In this document: in pieces, positions 51,164 to 60,212 of the stretch
How the letters are laid out: each line of letters begins with the position of its first letter
Position numbering within the stretch: the first letter of the stretch is position 1
NCBI GenBank assembly: GCA_041749915.1
Contig: JBGTAJ010000258.1
Coordinates: 22,955-86,954, forward strand
Length of the DNA: 64,000 bases
Origin: Flavobacteriales bacterium
GTDB lineage: Bacteria > Bacteroidota > Bacteroidia > Flavobacteriales_F > PHOS-HE28
Direction: 5' to 3'
Notes under the pieces: model-generated
What the model was told of the DNA's origin: nothing
Seen by the model: only the letters and a program-made list of their open reading frames with translations
Database searches by the model: none
Made by a program: the position numbers and the translations under genes

Positions 51164-51219
51164 AAGGCCACGAAGGTCACACGAAAAATGGCCAACCCCA
51201 AGGGTGACCATCAATATCC

Positions 51220-51290
51220 TGTCGGGGCGGCCAGGTCCACTGACGACCTTCCCGCCCCGGGCGGGACGCGATACCGGGCTACGTGGTGAA
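51220..51290 (-). pseudogene. decayed tRNA-Pro-like copy (CGG-type anticodon arm, no 5' acceptor strand)
   Basis: Shares 15-, 10- and 17-nt identical blocks with tRNA-Pro at 51327-51400. The T-loop is shortened to TGGAC. The anticodon loop is CCCGGGG (C instead of U33). The 5' acceptor is replaced by TTCACCA. Confidence 0.5.
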
Positions 51291-51292
51291 TG

Positions 51293-51318
51293 AAAAAGGC
51301 CGACCATGTGGTCGACCT
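51293..51318 (-). terminator. rho-independent terminator after tRNA-Pro
   Basis: Minus strand AGGTCGACC(acat)GGTCGGCCT followed by TTTTTCA. The G.U pair exists only on the minus strand. Confidence 0.65.
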
Positions 51319-51326
51319 TTCACTTG

Positions 51327-51400
51327 TCGGGGCGGCCAGATTCGAACTGACGACCTCCTGCTCCCAAAGCAGGCGCGATACCGGGCTACGCTACGCCCCG
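51327..51400 (-). tRNA. tRNA-Pro (anticodon TGG)
   Basis: Minus strand CGGGGCG..CCTGC-TTTGGGA-GCAGG-AGGTC-GTCAG-TTCGAAT-CTGGC-CGCCCCG-A. Confidence 0.9.
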
Positions 51401-51477
51401 AGCTTAGCGGCGGCAAAGAACGGCAAAAGAACTTCACCAGCCGCAGGATAATTGCAGGATGACCACTGTAGGTCATG

Positions 51478-51509
51478 AAAAAGCCGGCAGACCCTTGGGT
51501 CAGCCGGCT
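51478..51509 (-). terminator. rho-independent terminator after tRNA-Ser
   Basis: Minus strand AGCCGGCTGACCC(aa)GGGTCTGCCGGCT is an 11-12-bp interrupted stem followed by TTTTTCAT. Confidence 0.65.
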
Positions 51510-51518
51510 ATCCATTGT

Positions 51519-51609
<91 letters not shown>

Positions 51610-51648
51610 AAGTGAGTTCGAAAGTACGTCCCGGCGTCTCCGGGGCGG

Positions 51649-51656
51649 CAAATATA
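51649..51656 (-). promoter_or_regulatory. candidate -7 box TATATTTG (tRNA-Ser)
   Basis: The plus strand reads CAAATATA, a perfect TAnnTTTG on the minus strand. It lies 39 nt upstream of the tRNA 5' end. Confidence 0.4.
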
Positions 51657-51696
51657 GAAGTAGCCGGATAACTGTAACGAATCCTTTGTAGGCGTC

Positions 51697-51704
51697 TAAC
51701 TTTG
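51697..51704 (+). promoter_or_regulatory. candidate -7 box TAACTTTG (thiolase)
   Basis: Perfect TAnnTTTG, 34 nt upstream of ATG 51739. The 12-mer GTCTAACTTTGC is identical to the dnaN box context. Confidence 0.45.
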
Positions 51705-51738
51705 CGGCCCAACAGAACGAACCCCACTCCTATCCGTC

Positions 51739-52917
51739 ATGGCCACCGAAGTCGTCATCGTATCCGCCGTTCGCACGCCCATGGGCAGTTTCGGCGGTAG
51801 CCTCTCCGAAGTACCCGCGACCCAGCTGGGCGCCACCGTGGTGAAGGCAGCCGTGGAGCGTGCCGGCATCGCCCCCGAGACCGTGAACGAAGTGATCATG
51901 GGCAGCGTGCTGCAGGCCAACCTGGGACAGGCTCCCGCCCGTCAGGCCGCGAAATTCGCCGGGTTGCCCAACGAAGTGACCTGCACCACCGTGAACAAGG
52001 TGTGCGCCAGCGGCATGAAGGCCATCATGATGGCCACCCAGGACATCCTGCTGGGCGATGCCGACATCGTGGTCGCCGGTGGCATGGAGAGCATGAGCCA
52101 GACCCCCTACTATGTGGAGAAGGCCCGTTACGGCTATCGCTTCGGCAATGGTGTGCTCATCGACGGCATCAGCAAGGACGGACTGATGAACGTGTACGAC
52201 CAGCAGGCCATGGGCGTGTGTGGTGAACTGTGCGCCAAGGAACACTCCATCAGCCGCGAAGAGCAGGACGCCTTCGCCATTGAGAGCTACAAGCGCAGTG
52301 CAGCAGCCTGGACTGCTGGAAAGTTCAAGGACGAAGTGGTGCCCGTGACCGTGAAGACCCGGAAGGGCGATGTGGTCGTGGACCACGATGAGGAATACAC
52401 GAACGTGAGCTTCGACAAGATCCCCGGACTGAAGCCGGTGTTCCAAAAGGACGGCACGGTGACGGCCGCCAATGCCAGCACCATCAACGATGGCGCGGCT
52501 GCGCTGGTGCTGATGAGCGCTGCAAAGGCCAAGGCACTGGGTCTGAAGCCTCTGGCCAAAGTGCTGGGCTACGCCGATGCCGAACAGGCACCCGAGTGGT
52601 TCACCACCACGCCCGCCAAGGCGGTACCCCGTGCGGTGGAGAAGGCCGGGCTGAAGATGAGCGACATCCAATACTTCGAGCTCAACGAGGCCTTTGCCGT
52701 GGTGGGCATCGCCAATACGAAGCTCATGGGCCTCGACCCTGCCAAGGTGAACGTGAACGGTGGAGCCGTGTCCTTGGGACATCCGCTGGGATGCAGCGGT
52801 GCACGCATCATCGTCACCCTCATCAATGTGCTGAAGCAGAACGGTGCCAAGTACGGCGCCGCAGGCATCTGCAACGGCGGTGGCGGGGCTAGCGCGATGG
52901 TAATCGAGGCTATGTAA
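51739..52917 (+). CDS. acetyl-CoA C-acetyltransferase (thiolase)
   Basis: VNKVCASGMKA (active Cys), NVNGGAVSLGHPLGCSGAR and GICNGGGGA. Confidence 0.95.
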   Translation: MATEVVIVSAVRTPMGSFGGSLSEVPATQLGATVVKAAVERAGIAPETVNEVIMGSVLQANLGQAPARQAAKFAGLPNEVTCTTVNKVCASGMKAIMMATQDILLGDADIVVAGGMESMSQTPYYVEKARYGYRFGNGVLIDGISKDGLMNVYDQQAMGVCGELCAKEHSISREEQDAFAIESYKRSAAAWTAGKFKDEVVPVTVKTRKGDVVVDHDEEYTNVSFDKIPGLKPVFQKDGTVTAANASTINDGAAALVLMSAAKAKALGLKPLAKVLGYADAEQAPEWFTTTPAKAVPRAVEKAGLKMSDIQYFELNEAFAVVGIANTKLMGLDPAKVNVNGGAVSLGHPLGCSGARIIVTLINVLKQNGAKYGAAGICNGGGGASAMVIEAM

Positions 52918-52948
52918 CCCGCGCTTATGTCCTTGAGCGTTGAAGGTT

Positions 52949-52975
52949 GGCCGGGGTGGGGTTCGCCCGGTCTTT
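52949..52975 (+). terminator. weak candidate terminator after thiolase
   Basis: GGCCGGG(gtggggttcg)CCCGGTC followed by TTT. 7-bp stem with one G.U pair and a short T run. Confidence 0.3.
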
Positions 52976-53014
52976 ACTCACCATCCACCCACCCCCAACA
53001 TCCAACCTCCCAAC

Positions 53015-53788
53015 ATGGCCGCCGTCATCTGTCCCCTCTCCATCGTCCCTGTCCGCGCTGAACCCAGTGACCGCGCGGAGATGGTCACGCAGTGGCTCTT
53101 CGGCGAGACCGCTGAGGTGCTCGACCGCAAGGACAACTGGTCGCGTCTGCGCTTCGATCATGATGGCTATGAGGGCTGGGTGGACAACAAGCAGATCGCA
53201 CCCTGCACCACCCCGAACATCGACCCCGATCTGCGGGTGATCGACCAGAGCACCATCGCCGACCTGGGTGAACGGCAGGTACTGCTTCCATACGGTGGCG
53301 TGGTCCCCTTTTATGAAGAGGGTTCGATACTCTGGGATGGTCTTCGCATTCCCGTACAGGCCGTCACAAACCACAGACCTGATCTGGAGCGTGCCGATCT
53401 GATGGAGCTCTACCTGCATCCATTCCTCGGCGCTCCCTACCTCTGGGGCGGACGCACCCCTTCGGGCGTGGACTGCAGCGGGCTCACCCAGATGCTGTTC
53501 ATCCTGATGGGCATCTACCTGCCTCGGGATGCATCACAACAGGCCGAGGAAGGAGATCCGGTCGAACTGCTGGACCTGAGCGAACCCGGTGACCTGGCGT
53601 TCTTCGAGAACCCGGAAGGCCGCATCATCCACGTGGGCATCATACTCACCCGCAGCGAGGAGGACGATCTGCGCGTCGCACACAGCAGTGGCCGCGTGCG
53701 CATCGACAAGCTGGACCACAACGGCATCTTCAACGCCGAGGCCGGAGTGTACACGCACAAGCTGCGGATGGTGCGCCGGGTGCTGTGA
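53015..53788 (+). CDS. NlpC/P60 (C40) peptidase with N-terminal SH3b-like domain
   Basis: YLWGGRTPSGVDCSGL (catalytic Cys) and RIIHVGIIL (His). Start at MAAVICPLS. Confidence 0.85.
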   Translation: MAAVICPLSIVPVRAEPSDRAEMVTQWLFGETAEVLDRKDNWSRLRFDHDGYEGWVDNKQIAPCTTPNIDPDLRVIDQSTIADLGERQVLLPYGGVVPFYEEGSILWDGLRIPVQAVTNHRPDLERADLMELYLHPFLGAPYLWGGRTPSGVDCSGLTQMLFILMGIYLPRDASQQAEEGDPVELLDLSEPGDLAFFENPEGRIIHVGIILTRSEEDDLRVAHSSGRVRIDKLDHNGIFNAEAGVYTHKLRMVRRVL

Positions 53789-53809
53789 GCCATTTCCGTT
53801 CTCAAAAAG

Positions 53810-53840
53810 AAAAGGCCATCCGTTCCCGCGGATGGCCTTT
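53810..53840. terminator. bidirectional rho-independent terminator
   Basis: AAAA-GGCCATCCG(ttcccg)CGGATGGCC-TTT. Perfect 9-bp stem between the convergent stops at 53788 and 53862. Confidence 0.75.
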
Positions 53841-53861
53841 CGTCCGTTCAAACCTGCGAGA

Positions 53862-56219
53862 TCAGAAACGCAGTGTGTACTGCAGTACGGGCAGCATCGC
53901 CAACTGGTTCACCGTTTCGATGCGCTGTGTGCGGTTGTTGTAGTACTCGTACACAACGGTCTGTGCGTTGGCAACGTTCTGCACATCGGCCTTGACCTCA
54001 TGGCTGACCCGTGCCCTGCCCACGCGGTAGGCCAGCACCATGTCCAGCTTCAACACGGGATCGCCCTTCACGCTCCACACATCATCACTCAGCACTTCGG
54101 ACCCTTCCGCGATGCTGGCCTCCAGATCGATCGGCGTGCGCCACTGGCCGCCCATCACACTGAAACGCATGCCGGTGGTGAGCACCTTGTCCTTGCCTTC
54201 ACCACCCAGCTTCCACTCCTTGCCACCAAGAACGTTGGCCACCACTCCGAGGTTGTAGCGCGAGTTCCGCTGAACACCATCGAGCGCCTGGTACTGGGAC
54301 TCTGAGACCGATAGGGTGCTCATGGCGTGCCATCCCTTGGTGAAGAACTTCTCCATGCTCAGCTCCACCCCTGTGTTGTAGCCACGGCCTTTGTTCACCA
54401 AGGGCTTCGTGGTGAACCAACCATCGAAGTTGCCCAGCCAAAATGCGCTGTTGGAGGAGTTCTCCACGGGCTGTCCGTAAAGGTGCTGGTAGTAGGCTTC
54501 GGCCTTGAACTGAATGTCCTCGCTGAGCATCTGTTCGTAACCGATCACCGCATGCGCAGCGCGGCCAAGCCCCAACTGGCGGTTGGGCTGGAAGACGTTA
54601 CCGTTGGCATCGGTATCCTGAGCCTGGTAGGTCATCACGTTCTCGGTCCTGCTGTGAAGACCGGCACCGAACGTGAAGGCACGCGTAGGACCCATTTGGT
54701 AACGCAGGGCTGCACGAGGCTCCACGCTCGTTGAGTTGTTCAGGGCGTAATGCAGCAGATGAACACCGCTGGTGAGCGAGAGCTTTTCGTTCAGCCGCCA
54801 CTTCCAACTGCTGAAGGCTTGCACCGTGGTGGCATCGCCGCTATCGTCCAACTGGCGTTCGAGGGTTTGGGCATCGAAGTCCCAGCTATCGACCATCATG
54901 CGGAAACGGTCGTGCGAAACGATGATGCCCGAGCGCAACTTGTGCGCGGCGCTGATGCGGGTGTTCAGGTTGCTGCTGAAGCGCCAGGTCCAACGCCCGA
55001 GGTCGTCGGTATGGCGCTGCACCAGATCCACTTCGCCCGGTGCATCGGTGGCATAGTGGTCGGTCTCGCTGCCGTTCCCGCTCAGCGACAGCGTGGTGTA
55101 CAGGAAGTTGTTGTCGCTGATGAGCTTGGTGTGCGTAAGCCCCACAATGCCCATGCGCGAGCCGAACGCGGTCTTCGAGAAGGTGCTGTCACCCGTAACG
55201 CCCTTGTCCTCTTGTGAAATGCTGCTCAATCCGCCCAGTCCGAAGAGCGAGAACGTCCCTGCATTTCCGGCCGGCAGCTTCACCTTGAAGGCGGCATCCT
55301 GGTACTTCGGCACACCCTGGAAATCGACGATACCGGCACCATCCAGCAGGGCAAGGGAACTGTAGCGGTAGTTGGCCAGGTAGCTGCCACCGTCCACGCC
55401 GTTGATCGGGCCTTCCGCCGTAAGGTCGGTGCCCAGCACACCCACCTTGAGGGTGTATTCCCGCTTGCGATCGTTGCCGTCGCGCAACTTCATGTCGAAG
55501 ACGGCGCTGGTGACGTTGCCGTATTCCGCTGCGAAGGCTCCGGTATAGAAATCGCTGTTGTCGATGACATCGCTGTTGAGCGCATTGATCGGCCCACCGG
55601 TAGCACCATCATCGGCGAAGTGGTTGGGGTTGGGGATCTCCATGCCTTCCAGGCGCCACAGCACGCCCTTGGGGGAATTGCCACGCACGATGATCGTGTT
55701 ATCACCTGCGGGGTCGCCGGCCACCCCGGGAAAAGTGGTGACCATACGTGCAGGGTCGTTGATGCCGCCTGCGATGCGCGAGGTCTCCTCCACGCTGATC
55801 TTGCGCGCGCTCATCACGGCCATATCATTGCGCACCTCGCCGTGGCCCTGTTTCCCGCTCACCACCACCTCCTGAAGTTGGGTGACGGACTCCTGCATCT
55901 TCACCTCCAGCACCAGTTCCTTGGCGCTGTTCACGAGCAGGTTCGCCAGGGTCTGTTCCTCATAGCCCAGCGAGCGCACCTGAAGGCTGATGCGCCCCAC
56001 GGGGACCTTGTCGAGCGTGAACCGCCCGTCCAGATCGGTGGTGGTGCCGATGAGGGGATCGGAGCCGGGCACCACGATCGTGGCACCGATAAGGGGTTGA
56101 CGCGTGTCGCCATCCACGACGGTGCCGCGAACGGCCTGGTGATGGCCCTGGGCCATGAGCGCACCGGAGAGCGCGATCAGGGTGAGCAGGATGAAGTGTT
56201 TGAAGCTTGGATGGATCAT
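53862..56219 (-). CDS. TonB-dependent receptor with carboxypeptidase-regulatory-like N-domain (no STN)
   Basis: Signal, VRGTVVDGDTRQPLIGATIVV (CarboxypepD_reg-like), plug (TIIVRGNSPKGVLWRLEGMEI) and a long barrel ending LQYTLRF. Confidence 0.85.
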   Translation of the reverse strand: MIHPSFKHFILLTLIALSGALMAQGHHQAVRGTVVDGDTRQPLIGATIVVPGSDPLIGTTTDLDGRFTLDKVPVGRISLQVRSLGYEEQTLANLLVNSAKELVLEVKMQESVTQLQEVVVSGKQGHGEVRNDMAVMSARKISVEETSRIAGGINDPARMVTTFPGVAGDPAGDNTIIVRGNSPKGVLWRLEGMEIPNPNHFADDGATGGPINALNSDVIDNSDFYTGAFAAEYGNVTSAVFDMKLRDGNDRKREYTLKVGVLGTDLTAEGPINGVDGGSYLANYRYSSLALLDGAGIVDFQGVPKYQDAAFKVKLPAGNAGTFSLFGLGGLSSISQEDKGVTGDSTFSKTAFGSRMGIVGLTHTKLISDNNFLYTTLSLSGNGSETDHYATDAPGEVDLVQRHTDDLGRWTWRFSSNLNTRISAAHKLRSGIIVSHDRFRMMVDSWDFDAQTLERQLDDSGDATTVQAFSSWKWRLNEKLSLTSGVHLLHYALNNSTSVEPRAALRYQMGPTRAFTFGAGLHSRTENVMTYQAQDTDANGNVFQPNRQLGLGRAAHAVIGYEQMLSEDIQFKAEAYYQHLYGQPVENSSNSAFWLGNFDGWFTTKPLVNKGRGYNTGVELSMEKFFTKGWHAMSTLSVSESQYQALDGVQRNSRYNLGVVANVLGGKEWKLGGEGKDKVLTTGMRFSVMGGQWRTPIDLEASIAEGSEVLSDDVWSVKGDPVLKLDMVLAYRVGRARVSHEVKADVQNVANAQTVVYEYYNNRTQRIETVNQLAMLPVLQYTLRF

Positions 56220-56344
56220 TGGTCATGGGGTCATTGGTCGCCGATCGGGGACGTCGTGAGTGAGTGCGTTGTTACAGCCGGACAGCCGGTTCCGTGATCA
56301 GCGGTCGATGAGATGGATGAACGGAGCGTTGCTGCAGGCGTTGA

Positions 56345-57013
56345 TCAGAAGCTCCCCACCTTGATGGTCAGCCCGACGTTCATGCCATGCAGGGCATCCT
56401 TCGCTGTCGCGGGAAGATCGATGTCGGACGTGTAGCGGTAGGATGCACCGATGCCCACGCGGACCAGGGAGATCACGTTCATCTCGAGTTCGACCCCGGG
56501 TTCGATGACGAAGAAGGCCTGGGCATCATCGCTGTACGTGTAGGGGTCGAAGTCGTCCGGCACTTCACTGTTGTATCCGTATCCACAGCCTCCAGCACCG
56601 ATGATGATCGGCAGGGTGATGTGCAGCGGTGACCGGTAGGCGATGACGGGTTCGAGGAGCAATCCGCCGTAGCCCATGAAGAAGCGGCTGTTGTCGCGGA
56701 GCACGGTCCCGTTGTCCACGAGGTGGTCGTCGTAGTCCTTGTTCACCACATTGGTCACGAGGCCATGCCCGGCGAAACCGAGCGTGAAGCGATGGTTGAT
56801 GATCCACCCGCCACGGAGCCCGACGAGCATGGCATCCTGGTCCATGATGCGGGAGTAGTGGGCGGAGGGCGCACCCCAGCCGCCGTGGTGCAGCGAACTG
56901 TCGCCGCCCAGCAGGGTGCGCATCGGCGCATCAGCAGCGGACTGTGCGAGGCCTGTGCCTGGCAGGGTGATCAGTGCGAGGGAAACGAGGGGTATGAAGT
57001 TCCGAATGGGCAT
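56345..57013 (-). CDS. hypothetical small outer-membrane beta-barrel-like protein
   Basis: Signal MPIRNFIPLVSLALITLPGTGLAQS, beta-strand pattern, ends TIKVGSF. Resembles the 21027-21713 product (GIGASYRYTSD vs GVGGGYRYVLAD). Confidence 0.5.
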   Translation of the reverse strand: MPIRNFIPLVSLALITLPGTGLAQSAADAPMRTLLGGDSSLHHGGWGAPSAHYSRIMDQDAMLVGLRGGWIINHRFTLGFAGHGLVTNVVNKDYDDHLVDNGTVLRDNSRFFMGYGGLLLEPVIAYRSPLHITLPIIIGAGGCGYGYNSEVPDDFDPYTYSDDAQAFFVIEPGVELEMNVISLVRVGIGASYRYTSDIDLPATAKDALHGMNVGLTIKVGSF

Positions 57014-57160
57014 GGTCGTCGTGTTCGTTTCCCCTGTGACAACGATGCTCCACAATACCCCCATCGCGAGTTGACGGAACGTTTCATCCCGGTCAAACAA
57101 CCCCAGTTTGATATGGGGATGACGGCTCCAGAGGAGCGAACAGCACTGAGCGAACAATGA

Positions 57161-59170
57161 TCAAAAATTCACACCCGCAGCGGCCATCCAGCCATACCAG
57201 CCGCTGATGGCGGTCCACCCCGACCGCCACTGCATGGGTGGTGTGGATGGCGGCAGGGTGCTCAGGTAAGCACCCGTGTCGGGATCGCGCAGGTCGGAGA
57301 AAAGCATATTGATGACGGGGCCAGCGCTGATGATGAAGCGCTTGTTCAGCCGAAGACCATAGCGCACGGAGAGCCTGCCCAGGATGTTCATGGCATCCAC
57401 CCATTCGGGCTGTTCCACCACCTGCTCGGCCGTCAGGTCGATGTTGAGGAAACCGCGCTGGCCGATGTGCGGTTCGCTACCGAGACCGTAGAGGAAGCCC
57501 CATCCTTGGTCTGGGGTCACGGCTGGGGAATATCCGAGGATGTTGTGAAAGCCGCTCGTGCCGGTGCGGATGTGGATGCTCATTGCCATCACATCACCGG
57601 TGAGCACATCCACGCGGTGATAGCCCTTGAGGGAGATGGTGAGCAGACCCACGGCCACACCGGCGATGGTATCGCTGAGGTTGATGAACCCGACCTGCCC
57701 GCCATGGGCTCGCCGCGCGAAGTTCAACGCACCCACCTGCGCTCCGCTCACCGTGCCGGGCACCACATTGAGGCCGAAGGAGAACTGTCCGCCGGACACG
57801 TTGCCCGCATAGTTGGCGCCGAAACCCACCTGTCCACCGCTGACGGAATCGGGCACCACGTTCACTCCGAAGGAGACCTGACCGCCGCTCACGGACCGCG
57901 CGTAGTTGCCACCCAGTCCGACCTGCCCACCACCGACCTCCCCGAGCGAGACGTTCACACCGGCCGCCACCTGTACACCGCGTACACTTCGCGCATAGTT
58001 CAGCGCTCCGGCCACCTGGGCCTTGTTCACCACGCCATGGGCCACGTTGACCCCTCCTGTCACCTGCACACCATCCAGGTCGCCCAGTGAAATGTTCGAG
58101 GCGCCCGATACCTGCGTGCCGGTCATACCTCGCTTCACGATGTTGGCGCCTCCCGCCACCTGCACACCACCCAGCGTATCCCACACCGTGTTCGCGAGCC
58201 CGGCGATCTGCAGCCCTTCCAACGACCGCATGCTGTGGTTGATGCCGCCACCGATCTGCACACCGCGGGTATGACCGCCGACCAGGTTGGCCAGGCCGCC
58301 CACCTGCAGGCCTTTCATGTCCTGGCTCAGGATGTTCAACGCACCGCCGACCTCCAGCCCTTCGAGGCCGCGGGCATAGCCGCCGATGATGTTGAAGGAG
58401 AAGCGGTTGACCACCGAACCGGCGATGTCGCCATTGCTGCCGATCGTTGGAACGAGGGAGATCTGCACTGCGCGCCGTTCCGTGTAGTCCAGGTTGGATG
58501 CTTGTTCCATGCGCTCGGCGGACACCAGCAAGCGCGATACACCCATTTCCTCCACACCACAGCGGTCGAATTCACAGATGGGGTCCAGTCGTGCCACCAC
58601 ATCCAGCGGCTCCACGGCAATGCGTCCGACCCTGCCATCACGGCCCACATGGACGATCGTGTCGCGGTAGCCATGTCGGGCGATGAGCACGGGTGTGCGG
58701 TCCAATTCACCGGAGAGCGTCAGGGTGAAGCCGCCCCGATCATCCGTGGTGGTCGCATTGGAACGCCGCGCCTCCACTACCGTCGCTCTGGCAATGCCAC
58801 CTCCGGTGCTGGCGTCGATGATACTTCCGGACGCCTCGAACTTCCGCCTGCGCCCCACCCTGCCCGTGATGATGAGGTGCCCACCGCTCTCCTTCCACTG
58901 CAGACCCTCCGGCAGCAGCCCCCGCAACACCTGTTCCACCTTCTCATCCGCCACGTGCAGGGTGACCACACTGTCCACAGGCACAGCGGCAGCGTTGTAG
59001 CTCAGGTTGAAGGAAGCACCCCGGGCGATGAGATCGAGCGCCTTGGCGAGACGGACCTGTTCCGCGTGGATGGTGACCCGCCGTTGCAGCATGGGACCGC
59101 CCTGTGCGCACGTGCCCGAAGACATCAGGGCCAAGAGGCCCGCCCACATCCACTGTCGGCATGAAGCCAT
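57161..59170 (-). CDS. STN + carboxypeptidase-regulatory-like domain protein with about 15 tandem 16-residue Gly-rich repeats
   Basis: Signal MASCRQWMWAGLLALMSSGTCAQG. STN-like RVTIHAEQVRLAKALDLIARGASFNLSYN. CarboxypepD_reg-like GSIIDASTGGGIARATVVE..TDDRGGFTL. Repeats GxQVxGxxN(x7). Ends AAAGVNF. Confidence 0.7.
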   Translation of the reverse strand: MASCRQWMWAGLLALMSSGTCAQGGPMLQRRVTIHAEQVRLAKALDLIARGASFNLSYNAAAVPVDSVVTLHVADEKVEQVLRGLLPEGLQWKESGGHLIITGRVGRRRKFEASGSIIDASTGGGIARATVVEARRSNATTTDDRGGFTLTLSGELDRTPVLIARHGYRDTIVHVGRDGRVGRIAVEPLDVVARLDPICEFDRCGVEEMGVSRLLVSAERMEQASNLDYTERRAVQISLVPTIGSNGDIAGSVVNRFSFNIIGGYARGLEGLEVGGALNILSQDMKGLQVGGLANLVGGHTRGVQIGGGINHSMRSLEGLQIAGLANTVWDTLGGVQVAGGANIVKRGMTGTQVSGASNISLGDLDGVQVTGGVNVAHGVVNKAQVAGALNYARSVRGVQVAAGVNVSLGEVGGGQVGLGGNYARSVSGGQVSFGVNVVPDSVSGGQVGFGANYAGNVSGGQFSFGLNVVPGTVSGAQVGALNFARRAHGGQVGFINLSDTIAGVAVGLLTISLKGYHRVDVLTGDVMAMSIHIRTGTSGFHNILGYSPAVTPDQGWGFLYGLGSEPHIGQRGFLNIDLTAEQVVEQPEWVDAMNILGRLSVRYGLRLNKRFIISAGPVINMLFSDLRDPDTGAYLSTLPPSTPPMQWRSGWTAISGWYGWMAAAGVNF

Positions 59171-59204
59171 GCGTGGCCCACCGTACCTGGAGCGATGCTG
59201 CACT

Positions 59205-60185
59205 TCAACATCCATCACCATCCAGGCTGAAGGTGCCGTCTTCCGCTCGCTCAAGTTCCAGACCGAAGGTCTCCGCGATCACGTTCAAGATCTCCTCGAT
59301 CGGTTCCTCTTCGAATTCAGCTGTGATCCTGCACCGGGCAATGGACTCATTGCGCAGTTCGACCCGCACACGGTAGATGCGCTCCAGTTGCTCCGCCACC
59401 TGGTCCATCGTGGCGCCTTCGAAGTGCAGCACCCGTCCTCCCCAAACCTCCGCGGGAAGCGCCGCGCCGCGCTCGAGCAGATGGCGCTTTCTATTGTAAA
59501 CCACACGTTCACCTGCGACCAGTTCCACTGTGTCACCTTCAGTTGTCACCCGCACGCGGCCACTGCGCACCCGCACGGTGACCAGTTGTGCTGTGTCATA
59601 GGCGCTCACCTCGAAGGCCGTACCCAGAACGGTCACCCATACATCACCGGCATCCACCACAAAGGGGCGTTGTTCGTCACGAAGCACTTCGAAATAGGCC
59701 TGGCCTGTGAGCCTCACTTCACGGGTGTCGCCCATGCGCACTTCAAGACGACTACCCGGCATGATGACCGAACGGGAACTATCGGAAAGCACTGCATCGA
59801 GCGTTTCCGTGGTCGTCGCGTACGCATCGAAGGAGTCCTGCGAACGGAACAACCAGGTCGCGGCAAAGACAAGACCGGCGACCACTGCAGCGGCTGCGGA
59901 CCAACGGACCCAGACCTGCCAAGCGCCAATGGGACGCACGATGCCACGCCCCTCCGCTTCGGCGATGCGACCTTCGAGCCGGGCCCAAGCCGCATCCACA
60001 TCCACTTCGGACAGCGGATCAGCCACGCCACCGAGTTCCCAAATTGTGCGCATCCGCTCCAGTTCGCGGTGGTTCTCCGCTGCTGCTGCAGCCCAATCCT
60101 CCACGGTCCGTTTTTGCGCATCATCGGCCTCCCCGGCCAGGTAGATGGCCAGAAGTTCGCTGTCGATGGGGGCGGGTTTGTTCAC
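59205..60185 (-). CDS. FecR-family anti-sigma factor
   Basis: N-terminal LLAIYLAGEADDAQKRTVEDW, a single TM AAAAVVAGLVFAATWLF, a FecR domain and a C-terminal DUF4974-like VLHFEGATMDQVAEQLERIY. Confidence 0.85.
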   Translation of the reverse strand: MNKPAPIDSELLAIYLAGEADDAQKRTVEDWAAAAAENHRELERMRTIWELGGVADPLSEVDVDAAWARLEGRIAEAEGRGIVRPIGAWQVWVRWSAAAAVVAGLVFAATWLFRSQDSFDAYATTTETLDAVLSDSSRSVIMPGSRLEVRMGDTREVRLTGQAYFEVLRDEQRPFVVDAGDVWVTVLGTAFEVSAYDTAQLVTVRVRSGRVRVTTEGDTVELVAGERVVYNRKRHLLERGAALPAEVWGGRVLHFEGATMDQVAEQLERIYRVRVELRNESIARCRITAEFEEEPIEEILNVIAETFGLELERAEDGTFSLDGDGC

Positions 60186-60212
60186 GTGTACCTAGCTATG
60201 ACAGTCCGTCGG

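Noticed and set aside
47597-51400. Integrative element or genomic island inserted at the tRNA cluster.
   Set aside because: There is no integrase, excisionase or transposase, and no flanking direct repeat. The tRNA-like remnant lies only about 40 nt from its parent tRNA, so it does not bracket the beta-helix gene.
56220-56344. Cobalamin or other riboswitch upstream of the TonB-dependent receptor.
   Set aside because: The space is only 125 nt. No B12-box-like GCCACTG or other conserved aptamer core was seen.
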